From Tubiluchus corallicola (Eukaryota > Animalia > Priapulida), in the NCBI GenBank assembly GCA_030141605.1, contig JAQGDQ010001812.1:1-24611 (forward strand): a stretch of 24,611 bases of DNA, in the 5' to 3' direction. Positions within the stretch are counted from its first letter, which is position 1. The number at the start of each line of letters is the position of its first letter. Position numbers and translations under genes: made by a program. The notes under the pieces are model-generated. The model saw nothing but the letters and a program-made list of their open reading frames with translations, had not been told where the DNA came from and made no database searches. Of this stretch, positions 1 to 18,320 are shown in pieces.

Positions 1-320
1 CTCTCAAACAAACCAGAACATTCGATAATCGATTACACTAGCATTGAAACAGGCATCAGATCATCCTCAACGGAACAAATTATTTCAAAACCGAAAGGAG
101 AGAAAATTGTAAACGATAAAAGAGAAAGATTAAAAGATTGGACAAGCTCAACTGCGACCCCACCAACTCTTCACTGCCGTCTGCTCATCGCATGTTTCAT
201 AAATGAATTTGTTTCCTGAACCATCAACGTCATCTCCACAGAAGAGAAATGGATGTGCAGATATTTCGTAACAGACATTTGGGCACGTGTAGCTTTGCTA
301 CGAAGCACAGGTAATCTTAG

Positions 321-885
321 CAACACGTGAGCATTCTGAACACAGTTAATCTGAACCAAATGAGCAATCGTATTTACGATACAAACACATTCCCTAAAAT
401 ACAATTCGCATGCCATAAATGCCTAGGATACGTACATTAAAAATCCAATAATTACGTACGTTGCCTAAATAAACTTTTGCGTAATATGTAATACCTAGGA
501 AAAGCGTAGAACGAATTGTTTTAGACACTTTATCTGGTTTGTTTTGCCACTCCATAACATGCTTGGGCATTCTCAAAATTCAGGATTTCACACTTTACCT
601 ATAATATATATATATATATATATAACATACCAGGGTAGTTATAAAAAAACAAGTCATTTTTTTAAATGCCATGCAACTGACAATTTCTATCCAAATTGTA
701 AATAAATTTAGCATCACAGGACAAAAACATTTTACCCACTTACCCACTGATTTTTACTAAGAAAGCTTGATAAATAAACATGCTATGTTTGCTACAACAT
801 GTGAGCATTCTGAACACAGGTAATGTGAACCATATGAGCATTCGTATTTACGGTACAAACACATTCCCTAAAATACAATTCGCAT
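321..885 (+). repeat. Diverged ~91-bp direct repeat pair (321-411 and 795-885)
   Basis: caacacgtgagcattctgaacacag...acaaacacattccctaaaatacaattcgcat recurs at 795-885 with only scattered substitutions. Confidence 0.9.
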
Positions 886-1260
886 ATCATCGAACCTGTC
901 ATCGCTGTCATCGAACCTGTAAAAATAAAAAAACACAATATACAATATAATCTGCAACGAATTTCAAGTTGCGGTAGCCCGGATTGTCATCGTTATGATC
1001 ACAACTCGAACCTCGATCATTCTTCAAACCCTGTTCCCGAACAGTCAGACCTGTCCCGAATCCTATTCTCGACGACTTGTCATTCACTACCGACTCTGAA
1101 CTTCAAATCTTTATAGTACTTTTTAAACAACAGTTAGTTTATGTTTTAATTTACAGAGGAACGTGAAGAAATGAATTATTTGTCAGTCGCTTAAAATTCG
1201 TGATGTTTATTGAGACTTTATTAACCATAACTGCATCGCGCTGTATTATAAAATGGCTTG

Positions 1261-1813
1261 CAGTCAACCTCGGATATAAGGGACACCTCGGGACCGGAAA
1301 AAACCGTCCCTTATATCCGAGGTTCCCTTATAGCCGAAGTTGAGTCAGGCTGAGGGTGTATCTAGACGGGCGAGCTCTATATACCTCGTCTAGTAGCCTA
1401 ATGTTCAATGAACCGTTTGTCACAATGTAAGTAATATACCGATTTAATGCAAACACATCAAATCGTCTTGAACTGAACACAAAAATTGATGTTTATTCAA
1501 ACTCATCCCAATTAGAAGCCATTTTACTACTAGTCTAATACAGTCGGGCCCGCGCGGGGTCTCGGCATAGGCTTTTTAGGATGTAAAACGTATTTGCTCA
1601 TAGGGTTCCTTATATGCGAGGTAATTTACCTGGGTCTCTATTACGTGGGACCTAAAGATATCGTCCCTTATAACCGAAAGTCTCTTATATCCGAGTACCT
1701 TATATACGAAGTTTTTTAGAAGGAAAAACGTTACGAAAAGTCGGGACCGGTGTTGATGGTCTCTTATAAACGAGTGTCCCTTATAAGCGAGTACCTTATG
1801 CCGAGGTTGACTG
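1261..1813. mobile_element. Non-autonomous Tc1/mariner-superfamily (pogo/Tigger-like) MITE
   Basis: Perfect 13-bp TIR CAGTCAACCTCGG (1261-1273) / CCGAGGTTGACTG (1801-1813). Many internal copies of a CCTTATATCCGAG-like motif near both ends. CAGT...ACTG termini are typical of this group. Flanks are TG and TT, each one change from a TA TSD. Confidence 0.75.
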
Positions 1814-1975
1814 TTGTTTAAAGTAGATGCATGAGCACATAGAGTTCATTCGGCCTTTTGTGCATCTGGTGGGATAGGGTCTAATGTTGGAGCAATTTAC
1901 GAGAAATCTTTTGTTTTGTTTTCTGCCTCGCCTGTCTCGCAGTACAATGGAGCAGTAAATGAAACTTCTCCATAT

Positions 1976-2486
1976 CAGAGAATCGCGGATAGCACATAAA
2001 TTTTGCGCCTAGCGGATTGAGGATAGGAAATTGGTCGCGTACATACAATACAATGCGGATTGCGGATTTCAATGCCTAAATTGCGGATTTTACGTAAGGT
2101 AAAATTTTCAGTTGTTTGCATATCTCGATAATTAAGATTTGTGGTTTGGTGTGATGGGTATGATGGGTAAAATATGGTAGAATGTTTTAAATAGATCACG
2201 TGGTTTCAGTGTGAGTTGTCGTTGAGGGTTCACAACGAAATTCCTTTGCCTTCGAAGCTGGCTAGTAATTTTTTTATTGATTAGAGATTATACTCCTAGC
2301 TTCATGCAAAAAAGTTTTTGAACAATAGGGCATATATATATAGCAAGTCTAGTTTTTAATATTATATTTTTGCGGATCGCGGATGTTCATCTTTACCTAA
2401 AGTTCGCGATTTTTGTGGATGCGGATATGTACAGCTGCGGACTTTGCATTGCGAATAAACAGGAAAGTGATAACCGCGCATCTCTG
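1976..2486. mobile_element. Non-autonomous hAT-type MITE (511 bp)
   Basis: Imperfect 20-bp TIRs: CAGAGAATCGCGGATAGCAC vs revcomp CAGAGATGCGCGGTTATCAC. 8-bp TSD CTCCATAT (1968-1975) / CTCCAGAT (2487-2494), 7/8 match. Repeated subterminal GCGGAT motifs. Confidence 0.85.
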
Positions 2487-3380
2487 CTCCAGATGAAGCT
2501 GTCCTACTGGCCACTATTAGTAACACTTGCATCGCAGCCGTGCTTAATTTCCGGCCAAGTATTACGGCCACTCAGCTTTCATTTTAACAGGACCACATCA
2601 TAATTTTAGCAACTATCCAGAAACCATTTCTGTCGGTTACTCCTGAATTTGAATGTCACTAAGATTTTTTTAAAAGATTATGGTGTCGATTGGCACTCTA
2701 TAACTTGCTACAGAGAGTAAGTTAATGTAAAATAACACGAGGTAAGCGTGGTTTATGTTCAAGAAAGCAAGCTCTGCTTAGCTGCAGACACTGTCAGCTG
2801 ATATTGGCAAGGGAAGTATTGGCAAAGAACACGTTATTACTACTTCTGAAACTTTTTAAATGTACATCAAATGCTTAACACGTTACCTTTCTTACTCTCT
2901 TTTTGTTCTCTTTGATAGTCGTCCGCTTCTGGCTATGAGATCTCATGTGACGGATTTTTTCATGACGCATTTCTTCGTGTCACAGCTGGGTACCATTACA
3001 GCTGAGCTCCTTCTACGAAACATGGGTCAGTATTACTCCTCTGACTTCTAGATCAGCCAGTCGCTTGTCTTGACCAGATCTTTTCATCTCTTTTATTTAT
3101 AAGAAATTATAAAACTCTAACGACGCACGACTTTGCTTTGCGTTTGCTTCTATTTGGCGCGTCTAGTTGCTATGTAACCTTTTCGGTTTTGTCGTTTCTT
3201 TGTTATGACGCAGTATCCAGGTGCGCATCATAATAAACGTCACCGCAGTCATTTTTCAAATTTGTAACTTTTGTTTTGATAATTTACCTGCATACACCGA
3301 GCGCTGGGGCCTCGTTTTTTGGTACAAATGGTTTTCAGAGCTTTTAAGGTGTAAAATACTGTTAGGCAAATTAGCAAGTA

Positions 3381-3981
3381 TTACACCTAGACCTAGATTT
3401 TTAAATCCGATAAAAATATACATTTTAACACGACTAACACTGCAAGTGCGTTTCTGATAATTAAATAATAGATTAAAAACTTAATTAACGGCGGGCGAAT
3501 CCAACTAGTGATGACATCACAAACTAACATAATTTTCAACAGCAAAAATATTCCACGAGCGTGTTGCACGTGTTTGTGAAAGCGAAAATTGGAATACAGT
3601 GCAACTGTAAGATATTCAGTGTGTTGTACTAAAAGTAGGCATGTTTTAAGATAAAAATTCAAATTTCAAATTTACCGCTGTGCTCACGGATGAGCTGTCG
3701 AACGTGCGTAGTTCGTCACAAACTAACACATCTGATCTGAGACGTACAGAACCTGTTTTTGTGCAATGCGTTTCAGAAATGCAGGCTTAATACTCATCTA
3801 ACTAGGGAATGGTGAAATGCATAAAACAGCGAAGAACTAGTGGCGCAAACGTGAAATTGTGTTTGTATGGTAATAATTCTTTCACGAAAGTCATTTTTGA
3901 AAAACAATAGTGTTTTCCTTTCAATGTTTTAAAGAGTAGTTTGTTTTGACCTACAGTTTAAGATTAGGCCCGGTTTTACTT
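3381..3981 (+). mobile_element. Dispersed repeat, copy A (same family as 19867-20452, opposite orientation); probable non-autonomous DNA transposon
   Basis: Colinear reverse-complement similarity over ~600 bp, e.g. ttaattaacggcgggcga...tgatgacatcacaaactaacataattttcaaca and cctgtttttgtgcaatgc, gtcatttttgaaaaac. Confidence 0.85.
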
Positions 3982-4869
3982 AAAGAACAAGAATAATTGG
4001 ATCTGCAAATTTTACTGTACATTATATATGCCACCAAACTGATGAGCGAATTTATAGTAGAATATTTAGAAGATGACATGATTTATTGAAGTTGTAACCG
4101 CTGGCTTTTTAACTGATGCTTTACGTTAATTTCTGTACATATTTTTGATAATTTGTTTGTAATTTTCGTAACTTTTTTAATAATGCATGATATGTAGCAT
4201 TTCTCAGTTTTTAGTGTACATTTTAACTTATTGTGGTATTTTTATGTGCTGGACTAAAATTTTAGAAAGTCCTCTGTGGTGTTACAAAAACCGTGAGCTA
4301 AATCAGTGTTTGGGTTTCCTGGTCTCAGCGGACGGTACTGCCATCAATCGATAAAATGAGCATGTAAACAACAGCCCTAAAGGTTGATGTAGAAGCTTAA
4401 ACTTTGATTAAACCTTTATCAGTCATTATGTATCAATTTATCACAGCGACAAATTCAATCATAAATTATTAGTTATAACTAATCCATATCCAAATTTATT
4501 TTGTGTAGTTTTAATGTTAAGATATCCTGGTCTTTTTAACTAAATTAAAACAACAAAGCTTTCAAAGGGTGACTTTCGGCGCAACGTGTGCCAATAGTTA
4601 CCGAATTTTTGAAACCAACTTGACCAGAGATGAATACAATCATGAAGTCTGAAAACTATTATTCAGTGTCCATAGTTCTGTTATGTCCAGTTGACCGCTT
4701 CAGTTTGTCGTAAGGCATATAACTATCCTGTATTATAAAGCGCATCTGATCTTCTGCCTTTTACATTAGTCTTCATCGTCATCGCTGGAGCCACCAACAT
4801 TACAATGGCGCTGAGATATATTTACGGAAAAACTCATTCATCATTAGACGCAATCATCCTGTTTAGTTT

Positions 4870-5005
4870 TAATACGTAATCTAAGTCTTAGAATAAACAA
4901 AGTATCAACGAGTAATACGTAATCTAAGTCTTAGAATAAACAAAGTATCAACGAGTAATACGTAATCTAAGTCTTAGAATAATCAAAGTGTCAACGAGTG
5001 ATACG
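4870..5005. repeat. 43-bp tandem repeat, ~3.2 copies
   Basis: Unit taatacgtaatctaagtcttagaataaacaaagtatcaacgag starts at 4870, 4913 and 4956. No spacers between units. Confidence 0.95.
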
Positions 5006-5996
5006 ACTGATCTAAAACGTCTTGTTTCAAATCATAAATTATTTTTTGTTTTAAAAATTCTTTCGTCAGTATCGTTCAAATAGTCAAAGTGCTTACATCG
5101 TCTAAGTTCAATGAATTATTATTAAAAAAATTATTTTGCATATTAACAATTGGGATAATGTTAGTGATAGTGTTTTTTTAAATTATTTAGTGGCAGAATT
5201 ACCTGTCGAAAAGTTGTGATTCTAGAAATAATTGCATTGTGATGAACTGATACATCACTTCTCGACACTGTTATTTATTCTAAAACTTGTTTCCAGACAA
5301 TAGTTCTACTTTTTGACAATAAGGTAATCTTTATTTAAAAAATAATATTTACAAAGAAACTGCATAAAATATGGAAGCAGGGTAAAACGTATATACAGTG
5401 GAGAATAAAAGTTTTCAACTTGACAACTATGAACTAGGCTTATTTGCAACAAATGGTTACTTATTGTAGTAACTAGTAACTACTTTGCCAACAGTTTAGT
5501 GCTTCCTGGCCGCCACTCTCTGAAATTGGCGCTGAGGTAGCTGAATCAAAGTGAATTAGACATTGCCCGTTAAAGTGATTGATGATGGCGAAAACGAATT
5601 CTTAAAATAAAAATGATAGACAGCACCAACTTAAGCAAGTACTTGGCTTTTATTCAGACACCACATGTGCAACGTTTCGACATACCCTATTTTGTATAAA
5701 TTTGTATGTGTTTGGGGAGGGGTTATAATGATTTGTATAGTATTGTTCGTCTTGTAAGTAATGTATGTTACGTATTACATGCATATGAGCTTAGTTCAAT
5801 CAAAATCATATCGTTTTTGCACAGCCAACAGTTCATTGACACAAAAAACAACATTCTCCTCTTTCTATGTCATGTGCTGATTTGTTTGTATTGGCACCTT
5901 CATTTCTCTTGTAAATTGGTTTCCTTTTGAACTGGTCATGTGACCACTCACTTAGATGTAAACTTACCTGTAGACTAAGCGAGTCATTCGGGTATT

Positions 5997-6012
5997 CACA
6001 CACACGCACGCA

Positions 6013-6063
<51 letters not shown>
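5997..6063. repeat. (CACG)n/(CA)n microsatellite
   Basis: Seen directly. Confidence 0.95.
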
Positions 6064-6066
<3 letters not shown>

Positions 6067-6096
6067 ACACTTATAGAAGATCACCATGTAAGTTGA

Positions 6097-6102
6097 TTTA
6101 TT
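6097..6102 (-). promoter_or_regulatory. Candidate polyadenylation signal of the DUF1647 gene
   Basis: AATAAA on the minus strand ~210 nt downstream of the TGA stop. The hexamer is common in AT-rich DNA. Confidence 0.35.
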
Positions 6103-6309
6103 AATTTCTTAAATCTTGAAACGTTGTTCATTATAGAGATTAGATTTTATAATTTACATAAAGAGTTGTAAACGTTAATTAAAGCAATTTCGTTTAAATA
6201 TCTCAGTGAGAACTGAGCAATTATATAAAATTATCTGATTTTGTTTCCAGATTAAACGATACAAGCTACACAATTTTGTTGGAGATCCTTTATAAGAATG
6301 CAGCACTTG

Positions 6310-12209
<5,900 letters not shown>

Positions 12210-13665
12210 ATTATTCTAAAAAATCTTCTTGGAGTAATGTCAACGTTTACTACAAACCAGCAGCAGTGATACAGTCAAACGCATCAAAACACACTACTAA
12301 AATAAAAATGTATGATCCAGTTCTAAACGTTTTGCACTGCTGCCCACAAGAGCGTAACTGGTACAGTTCGTTCACCTAGAATACCTATGCATACTTGCGA
12401 TAGACCTTGATTTTATATGGTTCATTAATTGATAAGTACAAGTGAACTGGAAGATCCGCTTATAGGCTGAGGTCTGTGTATCCAATTTAGATTTACTTAT
12501 AGGCTTATAACAAAATTTTCTTGAATTTCACTGATAACTCACACACGCAGAAAATAACTGTAACACATTACACGAAAGGTAACAGGATCATTCATATGTG
12601 GGCTGGCAAATCCACTCAATTGATAAACTGTATGTTTACTTTTCATTATCATAGTACAATTATATGGACCTGTTGATAGACATTATGTTTCGCGTTGTGC
12701 AATCAACATCTTTTATCTTTTTAAGTCTGTATGGTGTTTTTTCCTTTGTGTGTTGTAGTTTTTAACGATCTGTCGTGTGTAAATATGTTTTGTGTCTGGG
12801 GTCGTATGTATATATGTAAATATTTGTAGTAGATTCTATTGCAATTTTCATAGTATAGCTGAGTTTCTATTTTTTTTATAATGCTATGTATTTTTTAACT
12901 GTGCGAAATAATTTTAAGTTAAAAAATAAAAAGGTGGGGTCATGCACTCTTCCCACGCAGGGGCTTTGTATGACCCACGTGCCTCAGAACGTAAAGCTCA
13001 CTGACTGAGCCAGGCTTTATTGTTCTTAATTTACACTGGATATGCTGATACAGTTTTTGACTTACAATTTTTGCTACATGGCTAGGTAAGGTCAACGTCT
13101 GATAAAAAACAGCTGAATATAATCCATTAGTTATTAGAAAAAAAAGCGAGATGCCTAGTTTCGGTAACCCTTTACAACAGGACATTCTCGTAAAAAGAAA
13201 ACTGGCATATTTAAATTTGAAAAATTTTAACTTCATGTATTTGAGTGAACTTAATTTATTGAATAAAATTGCCCTGAATCTTGACAAGTTGTTAAATTAT
13301 TTTCCGATTATTCTAAATATTGCCATAACTCATTCATTTATTACCTAGCAGGCGTACAATGATATAACTGTCGATTAAATAATTAACTGAACCAGTGTGT
13401 TTGTATAAAATGTTAGCGAACTCATCAGGTTTTGAAAGGGAGAAGTCTTTCTGTTAACCGTCTAGCGTTTCACTAGACTCGGTGAGACTTTTCAATTAAT
13501 TGCCAATTAGCAGATTTATCCGCGCAGAATGCTACTGCAATTATTCCGGACTTACTTGAGTCGCAATGCTTACTACATTTGGTTTTTTCACAGGTATCAC
13601 CTTACTTGACCATGGCCAGCAGCACTGCTCTAAGCTCATTAAATTAAAAGAGCGAGAAGACTAGA

Positions 13666-13784
13666 TGAGAAAGAGAGAGAGAGAGAGAGAGTGAGAGAGA
13701 GAGAGAGAGAGAGAGAAGGAGAAAGAGAGAGAGAGAGAGAGAAGGAAAAATAGAGAGAGAGAGAAAAAAAGAAAGAGAGAGAGA
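13666..13784. repeat. Imperfect (GA)n microsatellite
   Basis: Seen directly. Confidence 0.95.
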
Positions 13785-13811
13785 TTTGATTACCTTGATT
13801 TGATTCAATTC

Positions 13812-13812
<1 letters not shown>

Positions 13813-13906
<94 letters not shown>

Positions 13907-15007
13907 GAGTTTATTTCGTATAAAAATATACAGTTTACAAAGATAAAGATGTTAGTAAAATAAGTAATGCGATATTAGTAAAGTAACATATCTACAGACA
14001 TTCAACTTTATAATAACCACACATTGTAGTTCCCTTGTAATTATATTACACTATACAGTGTTGTAAGGAGCTATAATAGATATCTTAAAACATAATCTTT
14101 AAATGAGTTCTTAACCTTTAATTTTACATTTTCGTTTAGATCTACAGTACAACCACATTTATATCTTAAATTTACGTGACTGTTATTTACATAGTAGCAC
14201 GGCTTTGGAATTCTCAATGTGCAAGAGTTTACAATTTTTCTCACAAAGTTTAATTTTCGACTATCTATTAAATAATTCGCAGGCATTGTGCCGCAAAAAT
14301 ACATTAAATCATTTTGTCTAAAATCGAATATTGTTCTATAAGCAGTGTTCCATTTTACCCTAATGGCGTTAACTTCATTGTTCGATATACCCCCAATTTC
14401 GCATCCGTATAACAAAATGGGAAGACAATATGTATTGATCAGAGTTTTAGCTACTATGTCATTACGATTATGGCCCATATTTGAGAGAATATTATTCACG
14501 GAACCAATGAATTTCCTTTTTTACCTTGAAACGTCAATGGAAGAACTATCACTTGTCAAAATATCGCAACCCAAATACTTTACTTTCTGTTTCCAGATCA
14601 GTTGTTTACCGCAAAAGCAGATTACACCCTCTCCAGTAAAGCTTTTACCAAAATAAAGAAGCCATGTTTTGTTAGGATTAAATGAGATACACCATTCTAT
14701 ACCATATTTTTCACAGATTTTAAGCATTTCACGTAAGTGTCTACATGACCCTGACAACAAGGCAATGTCATCAGCATACATGACAGTGCCTATAAAATTA
14801 TCTGCCACATAACAACCGTAACCAGCTGAACGCAATTGACGTATAAGGTCGTCTGTACATACAGCATTTAAAATCGGTGATAAAACACCTCCTTGTCTGA
14901 CACCTGTTTTTATACAAAATTGGGTACTATACTGATCTTACCATTTGACACAGCCCGTAAGTTTACTATACCAATTCATTAACACGTTAACAAATATCTT
15001 GGGAAAC
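13813..15007 (-). mobile_element. 5'-truncated non-LTR retrotransposon (LINE): C-terminal RT region, 3'UTR and (TAA)n tail
   Basis: One reading frame 15000-14071 with two in-frame stops (14940-14938, 14523-14521). Motifs NWY, GVRQGGVLSP, MYADDIALL, FNPNKT, KYLG, YCLPILLYGCE. Then AATAAA (13915-13910) and (TAA)n at 13906-13813. Clade (RTE-X vs CR1/L2 group) not determined. Confidence 0.93.
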
Positions 15008-15025
15008 ACTGTTCAAACACTGTTC

Positions 15026-15568
15026 ATATAAAACTTTACAACACACAACACATATCACACAAATAAAATATAAAATGCACTTAAATTGGTAAATAAATTA
15101 CAAATTGCCTACGTAGAGGAATTTTCTGCATGTCACTAATATCAAACGTAAAAGATATATAACTATATACACATTTCCTATAAATTACGTCAAAATACAA
15201 CATGTTATGGTTTATAGCAATGGTTCTTGCACTAGAATCATAAGGATAGCCAAAAAACTTTTTTTGCGAATGGAAATATCATAAGCTATTTTGAGCTTGT
15301 TGAGAGTATAATTGTAATATTGTCGCAAAGTGGCCATGCCATAAAAACTGTTACAGTATACATCAAATGATTTTGCTTTAACGCCAGTTGTGTAAAAATG
15401 AAACTTTCTCCGCAACTTCCTAGCTCTGGCATAATGAAGACCTGTTTGCCTTATTATTTCAAGGTCGTCTCTATTATCATAGCTAATCACATAGATCACA
15501 TAGCCTAGATATTTTTCTTGTTTACTGGGGTTTATCACCTTGCCCTCCAATCTGACACGGCCGAAATA
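15026..15568 (-). mobile_element. Second, distinct LINE ORF2 C-terminal fragment with partial 3'UTR
   Basis: EKYLGYVI..DDLEIIRQ..YARARKLRRKF..VKAKSFDVYCNSFYG..KLKIAY is the post-RT region typical of the same LINE group. Its sequence differs from the neighbouring copy. Confidence 0.85.
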
Positions 15569-15756
<188 letters not shown>

Positions 15757-16949
15757 GAGCCAACTATAAGAACCAGCATTTTCTGTTCAAGGTGAAACAA
15801 ATACGTTAATAAGATCTTGAATATGAGACATTAAGTGTAATATGTCACGTCACGGTTTGCGTGACACACGACACTGTTAATTAGCGGTTACTTTATAAAG
15901 TTTTATCAACAGCATAATGAAGACATGCGTCGATATCAAAATCAGACAATCTGCTGCGGGCATGCGCACAACGCTTAACGGCAGTTATACGCACAAGAAT
16001 AAAATCCTGGTATTGCAAAACACGAAATCTACGATGACCAGAATGATCACCAAAAGGACTTCTTGTTACAGCCAAGATGTAAGTATTTATTTCAGATAGG
16101 TTGCATTATTTTAAAGAAAACGCCAAGCTTTCTGGAAAGTTAGGCTTATTTCAATGTTAGAAGGATTTAGTAATAAAAGTGTGATAAGCACATCGTGCAA
16201 CTAGTAAAATCAGTTCAAGTCGCGATCATTTCACGTTTGGGCTCTTCCATTTTGAACGTCCATTCTTCCACCAATGACGTTGTTCATCGGCTGGAGAAAA
16301 GCAGCGCACTATCAATTTCTGTCAAAAGTATAACAAGTTTACACCAAATTAGATGGCTCATTTTGTAATATTCTTCCGTAAACATTAGGAAAGGTACAGA
16401 AGTTTTAATTAGTTTAAGCAGCGTCTACTTAGAAAGCTACTATGATACGTTTACGAAAGGTCACAAAAGTCCATCAGGTCATAATTTTCAAGTGAATGGT
16501 GGCTACCACCACACCTGAAAATGTCTATACAGCAGTAGCATGAATTAACTTTATGGTTTATATAAGCAGTTTTTCTTCAAATTTCTTTGTTATATTTTTC
16601 TAGGTTTAAGTGATAAGAGTAAAATAAACGCATCATGCTAAGTGACTTGTCCTTTCCTTTAACTCACTGCGTTTTAAAAACGAAAGACTGAAAAGAAGTT
16701 GGTGACTCGAGTTTATTGAGTAAGCCAATAAAAATGAGTAATAGTGATGAATGCTTATGTATTTTTTGCGATTTAATTTCTTTTCTTTCCTTAAATTTCT
16801 CATGAAAAAACATTTTTGCGTATTTACTCTTTAAAAAATTCTATTTTGCAGATACATTATCCAATAAAAAATAGCACAGTTACTTATCATGTTATTAGTA
16901 ACCTTGTTTTACATTTCAATTTTGTCGCTAATAGTTCTCAAACAAAGTG

Positions 16950-18051
16950 TGTAGACACTCCGGCACAGACATTTGAACACAGGACGCTTCGCCACAAAAC
17001 TTTTGGACACAGATCGTTTAGATGCAAGGACAAGGTACTTGGATACATAAGCAAATTGGACACAAGGTATGTTGGACACAGATTCCTTTGAATACATAGG
17101 CATTTTGGACGCAAAATGATTTAGACACAGACCATTTGGTCATATGTGGGCATTTGGACAATATAGAGAATTTGGCCATATAAGATATTTGGACATTAAG
17201 CATTTAGGATACATAGGTATTTTTGACCAAAAAGTCATATGAGCATAAAGGTCGTTTTGCACAACAATTAGACACTTCTAATAATAAGGGGATATTTAAA
17301 CATGTGTAGTTTATTAATCGCCGCCTAACGTTTGGAACCCTCACGTTGTAAAAGTAGTCACAACGATTTTCACTTTTACGCTAAATATTTATAAACACTC
17401 ACAATTCTGTGCCAAGTTGGCGTTTTTACTGCATACGTTTCATGACAGAAAGAAACACAAAGTTGGTTGAGTAAGTATAATAATTTGAACAATAAAGCAC
17501 TGAAGCTTCTTCATTCACTGTTTATTCTACAAGAAATTTAAAACAACATAACCTGTAAAGGAGTCAAAGAAGTGTTGGTCGACTTTTCACATACACACTA
17601 GCATCCACTCACACAGAGTGAGAGCATTCTGTTCAGAGATATCGAAATATCGAGGCTGCTTATTGTATTACAGCAGTTAAGTGATCGCGAGCGGAGATTG
17701 GTAAGTTCTCAAAACAGTAGCCAACCCCGTTGTTTTCAGGGAACCTATGCTTTGTAAATATGGAACCTATGGAACCATCTCCATAACACTGACTTTGTGT
17801 CCAAAACACCTGGTGACTAAACGCCTATGTGTGCAAATAACTTGTGTCTAAATGGTCTATGTGTCCAAGCTATCTGTATCCAAATTACTTTAGATCCAAA
17901 TGACCTATGTGTCCAAACTGCCTGTATGCGAATAACCCACGTGTCAAAAACTACCCAAAACACCTTGTGTATGAATAGTCTGCGCGTCTAAATAACCGGT
18001 GTGTCCGAAATGTTTGAGTCGAAATGGTCTATGTCCAAAACCCAGGTAACC
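16950..18051. mobile_element. Foldback-like arrangement: two inverted arrays of degenerate ~17-20-bp units around a ~500-bp unique core
   Basis: ~16965-17275 holds units like GGCATTTGGACACA. ~17795-18051 holds their reverse complement (TGTGTCCAAATGACC) and ends in GGTAACC. No TSD identified. Confidence 0.65.
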
Positions 18052-18180
18052 ATCAAACAAATGTTGACTTGCTTGATAACTATTAAACGACAGAGATTAT
18101 ACAATTAAAAGATTGATTGATGCCCTGCATCTAGAGGTACTAATAGTGATTTACCCACTTCAGGGATGGTTAAAATAAAT

Positions 18181-18320
18181 GGTTTGAACCCAAGGTAATG
18201 TGGACACATATGACATTTACACGCGAGGTATTTTGGGCATGCAGTTCGCAAAGTAGCTGGACCCTCCTAGGTTATTTAGTCACTAGGCGCTTTGGACAGC
18301 AAATTAAAGTTATGGAGATG
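18181..18320 (-). repeat. Third partial array: inverted copy of the inner right arm of the foldback-like element
   Basis: ttagtcactaggcgctttggacagcaaattaaagttatggagatg is a diverged revcomp of catctccataacactgactttgtgtccaaaacacctggtgactaa (17777-17821). Confidence 0.7.

Noticed and set aside
171-576. Short minus-strand ORFs with faint LINE-like words (FMACELY); similar faint traces at ~12350-12930 on the plus strand
   Set aside because: Too degraded to support by eye.
3166-3178. RFX X-box-like GTTGCTATGTAAC promoter motif
   Set aside because: Imperfect match and no associated gene start.
4870-5005. CRISPR-like array (palindromic ~40-bp repeats)
   Set aside because: Units are contiguous with no unique spacers, there are no cas genes, and the context is eukaryotic.
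12940-13348. 115-aa and 65-aa ORFs; also the intronic ORF at 7642-7878
   Set aside because: No recognisable motifs, non-ATG starts for some, no consistent splice structure. Probably repeat debris.
16965-18051. Regularly spaced TTGGACAC repeats as a CRISPR or repeat-protein ORF (16816-17203 ORFs)
   Set aside because: Period is only ~17-20 bp and degenerate. The ORFs are short and unrecognisable. Better explained as transposon subterminal arrays.
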